Source: Candidatus Latescibacterota bacterium (GTDB lineage: Bacteria; Latescibacterota; UBA2968; UBA8231). Taken from it: 64,000 nt of DNA. The notes under the pieces were generated by a model that made no database searches, had not been told where the DNA came from, and saw nothing but the letters and a program-made list of their open reading frames with translations. Shown here piece after piece: positions 61,158 to 64,000 of the stretch (its first letter is position 1; the number at the start of each line of letters is the position of its first letter). The stretch is from positions 4,078,847-4,142,846 of the forward strand of contig OY730476.1 in the NCBI GenBank assembly GCA_963422735.1. Reading direction: 5' to 3'. A program made the translations under genes and the position numbers.

Positions 61158-61366
61158 GTGCGGCCTCTTTCTGGCAGGGCCGTATGTATCATCCTCGCCA
61201 AGCACGGTTTTGCAGAAATCGCAGACGAGGTAGTCATATAATCATGCAGCGCAAACTCAAAACTGGCACGATTACAGTACCCGTACCGGATCACAAGGAA
61301 TTGCACATAGGTACGCTGAGTTAGATAATTCGCCAGTCTGGTGTGCCGCGATCTGCCTTTGAATAG
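61158..61366 (+). pseudogene. hicA: HicA-family toxin, disrupted
   Basis: Frame 0 reads (GTG)RPLSGRAVCIILAKHGFAEI. After a 1-nt frame break near 61221-61223 it continues RRGSHIIMQRKLKTGTITVPVPDHKELHIGTLS. An in-frame TAG at 61322-61324 is followed by IIRQSGVPRSAFE*. The HicA motifs (GSH, P.H...L..GTL..I..Q.G) are present but split. Confidence 0.7.
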
Positions 61367-61458
61367 CGGACACCGCTCCGATGCAATCTTGCTGCTTGAG
61401 CATCTATGCAGCGTTCAAATCAACCAACGACCAACACTTCCATAGAGAGATATACACA

Positions 61459-62589
61459 ATGACCGACAAATCCTACAGCCCCGGCCTCGAAGGCGTGATC
61501 GCCGGCGAGTCCGCCCTTTCTCGCATCGACCTGGATCTCAATCGCCTGATTCTGCGCGGCTACGACCTCGTGGAGCTAACCGAGAACGCCCGCTACGAAG
61601 AGGTCGCTTATCTGCTGCTTTACGGCGAGTTGCCGACAGTTGGCGAGTTGGCCGCGTTCAACCAACAACTGCGCTCGCAGCGCGATCTGCCCGGCCCGGT
61701 GATCGAACTGCTGTGCGCTGCTCCGGTGGACGCCCATCCCATGGACCTCTTGCGTACTGCGGTATCGGCGCTGGCGTTTTTCGACCCGGAAACCCGCGAC
61801 AATTCCCATCGGGCCAACGTGCGCAAAGCCGTGCGCCTCTTGGCCAAAATTCCCACCGCGCTCGCCACCGGTCACCGCTTCGCGCAGGGCCTAGAGCCGG
61901 TAGCCCCCGACGCCGAGCTAGACCAAGCGGCCAATCTGCTTTACATGCTGCGCGGCGAAAAGCCACCCGAATACGAAGTAGAGGCCATGAACATCTCGCT
62001 GATCCTCTACGCCGAGCACGGGTACAACGCCTCGGCGTTTACCGCCCGGGTCGTAGCCTCGACACTCGCCGACCTGTACGCTGCCGTGACCGCGGCCATC
62101 GGTGCCCTGCACGGCCCCTTGCACGGCGGTGCCAACGAGGCGGCCATGCAGATGCTCTTGGAGGTAGATTCGCCCGCGGCGGCCGAGCAGTGGGTCCTCG
62201 ACGCGCTGGCGCAAAAGAAGAAGATCATGGGCTTTGGACATCGGGAATACAAAAGCGGCGACTCGCGGGTACCGACGATGAAGAAGGTTGGCCGCCAGGT
62301 CGCCGCGGCCGTCGGCGACACCAAGTGGCCGGACCTAGCCGATGTGGTCGAAGCGACGATGATGCGCGAAAAAGGCATCTTCCCCAACGTCGATTTTCCC
62401 TGTGCGTACACCTACTACATCATGGGCATCCCGATCCCGCTCTACACCCCCATCTTCGTGGCCAGCCGCGTGGTGGGCTGGGCGGCGCACGTGATCGAAC
62501 AGCACGACGCCAATCGGCTCATCCGCCCCAACCACATCTACACCGGGCCGGAGCACCGTGCGTTTGTCGCACTCGGCGAGCGGGGCTGA
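61459..62589 (+). CDS. prpC: 2-Methylcitrate synthase / citrate synthase family protein
   Basis: ORF 61381..62589 trimmed to MTDKSYSPGLEGV. It also has LYAEHGYNASAF, GALHGPLHGGAN and GFGHREYK. Confidence 0.85.
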   Translation: MTDKSYSPGLEGVIAGESALSRIDLDLNRLILRGYDLVELTENARYEEVAYLLLYGELPTVGELAAFNQQLRSQRDLPGPVIELLCAAPVDAHPMDLLRTAVSALAFFDPETRDNSHRANVRKAVRLLAKIPTALATGHRFAQGLEPVAPDAELDQAANLLYMLRGEKPPEYEVEAMNISLILYAEHGYNASAFTARVVASTLADLYAAVTAAIGALHGPLHGGANEAAMQMLLEVDSPAAAEQWVLDALAQKKKIMGFGHREYKSGDSRVPTMKKVGRQVAAAVGDTKWPDLADVVEATMMREKGIFPNVDFPCAYTYYIMGIPIPLYTPIFVASRVVGWAAHVIEQHDANRLIRPNHIYTGPEHRAFVALGERG

Positions 62590-62614
62590 CCTACAACCTG
62601 AGCTTAGCCGAAGG

Positions 62615-63151
62615 TCAGCCGCGCACTCTTAGCAACCAAGACCGCATATAGAGCAAGAAATGCTGCACTGCATCGCTCTGGTAGTCGGGATACGTCCATT
62701 CCAGAGGCTGGTAGCATCCCCGCTGATAGAGCAGGGTCACCTCGGCGTAGAGCTGCGGGGCAATGCACACCCGGTGGCCAGCGCACTTGGTCGTGGCCAA
62801 CACCAAGCTCTCGATCGAAAGCAATCCCGGGTCGATGTTGGCGCGGCGGCGCAATGTCCCTCCTGTTGCTCTTCCCAGTGCTTTTTCTAGTTCGATCGTC
62901 TGGCGCTTGCAGGCCGCCAGCTCGGCGGGGTCGAGCCGCTGGGCAAAGCACACAAGCTGTTTGCACAGCCCCGCGCCCATTTCCGCTTCGTAGTACGAGG
63001 TGAAATCAAAATCATAGGTCTCACTGGCCGCGTGCGGGAGACCGAAGCATTCGACGAGGCCGATTTTGGCGTCGGTGAACGTATCAGCGGAATCGGCTAA
63101 TATCGCGCAGACTAATGCGACGGGCGTGGAGGGTTGGAGATCAATGGGCAT
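62615..63151 (-). CDS. DUF4416 family protein
   Basis: FDFTSYYEAEMG, ANIDPGLL, LVLATTKCAGHRV and EWTYPDY match the pattern I associate with DUF4416. Confidence 0.65.
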   Translation of the reverse strand: MPIDLQPSTPVALVCAILADSADTFTDAKIGLVECFGLPHAASETYDFDFTSYYEAEMGAGLCKQLVCFAQRLDPAELAACKRQTIELEKALGRATGGTLRRRANIDPGLLSIESLVLATTKCAGHRVCIAPQLYAEVTLLYQRGCYQPLEWTYPDYQSDAVQHFLLYMRSWLLRVRG

Positions 63152-63253
63152 CTTGTAACAGAAGGCAGGGAACCTAACTGCGTCAATTCCTGCGATGGGA
63201 TTGGTTTGCTATTTTATCGCCGCGGCTCCCACCTTCATTCAGGAAAAATTACT

Positions 63254-64000
63254 ATGCGCCTAGCAGACCTCGATACGCCCGCCCTCCTCGTCGATCTCAA
63301 CGGCTTGGAGGACAACCTCGACCGCTACCAACGCTACTTTGACGAGCACGGCATTGGCTTGCGGCCCCACATCAAGACCCACAAGTGCGTGGCCATCGCC
63401 CATCGGCAAATGCGTCGTGGGGCCATGGGCATCACCTGCCAGAAGCTCGGCGAGGCCGAGGTCATGGCAGCGGGCGGAGTAGATCGCGACATCCTGATTC
63501 CCTACAACATCATCGGCGCACAAAAACTGGCGCGGCTGGTCGCACTGGCGCGACAAACCCGGCTGACTGTGGCGGCCGATTCCGAATACACCGTGCAGGG
63601 GCTGGCTGCGGCCTCCGCAGAAGCAGATGTCGCCTTGGGAGTGGTCGTCGAACTCGATCGCGGGCGCACGGGCGTAGGCTCGCCCGCTGCGGCGGCGACG
63701 CTAGGCGAAAAAATCGACCAAGCCCCCAACATCGAACTCCGGGGCATCATGTCCATGCCAGCGAATCCAGATATGCGACCGATCATCCAAGAGACGCTCG
63801 CACATTTCGACCGCAAGGGCCTGCCGCATCCCATCGTCAGCGGCGGCAGCACACCGGGCGCATTTATGGCGCACGAGATCCCCGAGCTGACCGAGTACCG
63901 GGCCGGCGAGTACCCAGTCGGCGGCGTCGGCCATCTCCGTCGGGGAACCCACAGTGTCGGTCAGTGCGCTGGCCGGGTGCTGATGACCGTGGTCAGCCGG
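63254..64000 (+). CDS. DSD1-family PLP enzyme (D-threonine aldolase / D-serine deaminase-like), 3' end outside the window
   Basis: Own translation gives MRLADLDTPALLVDLNGLEDNLDRYQRYFDEHGIGLRPHIKTHKCVAIAHRQM...GITCQKLGEAEVM. The PHIKTHK lysine motif is that of the alanine-racemase-N fold. AGGAAAAA lies upstream of the ATG. The frame is open to the window end, so it is absent from the ORF track. Confidence 0.8.
   Translation, partial: MRLADLDTPALLVDLNGLEDNLDRYQRYFDEHGIGLRPHIKTHKCVAIAHRQMRRGAMGITCQKLGEAEVMAAGGVDRDILIPYNIIGAQKLARLVALARQTRLTVAADSEYTVQGLAAASAEADVALGVVVELDRGRTGVGSPAAAATLGEKIDQAPNIELRGIMSMPANPDMRPIIQETLAHFDRKGLPHPIVSGGSTPGAFMAHEIPELTEYRAGEYPVGGVGHLRRGTHSVGQCAGRVLMTVVSR

Overview
GC-rich (judged by eye, not computed) bacterial chromosomal segment, densely coding on both strands. 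I support about 60 intact protein genes, one tRNA, several pseudogenes and a few repeat elements. I saw no rRNA, CRISPR array, transposase, integrase or phage genes.

Housekeeping genes:
- mutM, moeA and hemA plus a ccsA/hemX-like gene, aroC, carA.
- proC-hisH-hisF-proB, ftsB-like, recO, glyQS.
- tRNA-Leu(UAG)-tig-clpP-clpX, engB, serA, purA, and prpB/prpC.

Accessory or unusual content:
1. An eroded 2.7-kb islet (3130-5820) of toxin-antitoxin, ADP-ribosylglycohydrolase and DUF4143-ATPase pseudogenes.
2. A protein built from three tandem DUF5069 repeats, translationally coupled to a class-I amidotransferase.
3. An ECF sigma / anti-sigma / two LTXXQ (Spy/CpxP-like) module, flanked by two paralogous lipoproteins that combine a CxxCH heme motif with a PHM/DBH-like copper-monooxygenase ligand pattern. 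One of the two is paired with a redoxin lipoprotein.
4. A same-strand envelope redox cluster (32105-40493): exported YyaL-like thioredoxin-fold protein with a DsbD-N-like tail, AMP-ligase, DUF3179 protein with a T9SS-type C-terminal domain, and an apparently permuted flavoprotein fused to a NapH-like polyferredoxin membrane domain.
5. A hicB / decayed hicA pair wedged between prpB and prpC.
6. A SWIB/MDM2-domain protein with a Lys/Ala-rich tail.
7. A repeat family (GTGGTTA heptamers plus a GC-rich tail) in two long intergenic regions.

The T9SS-type sorting domain suggests an FCB-superphylum-like or related uncultivated lineage, but taxonomy cannot be settled from this window. I found no complete, clearly novel multi-gene system. 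Items 3, 4 and 2 and the structured intergenic region at 9969-10510 are the best candidates for follow-up. All family assignments come from motif recognition by eye, not database searches.
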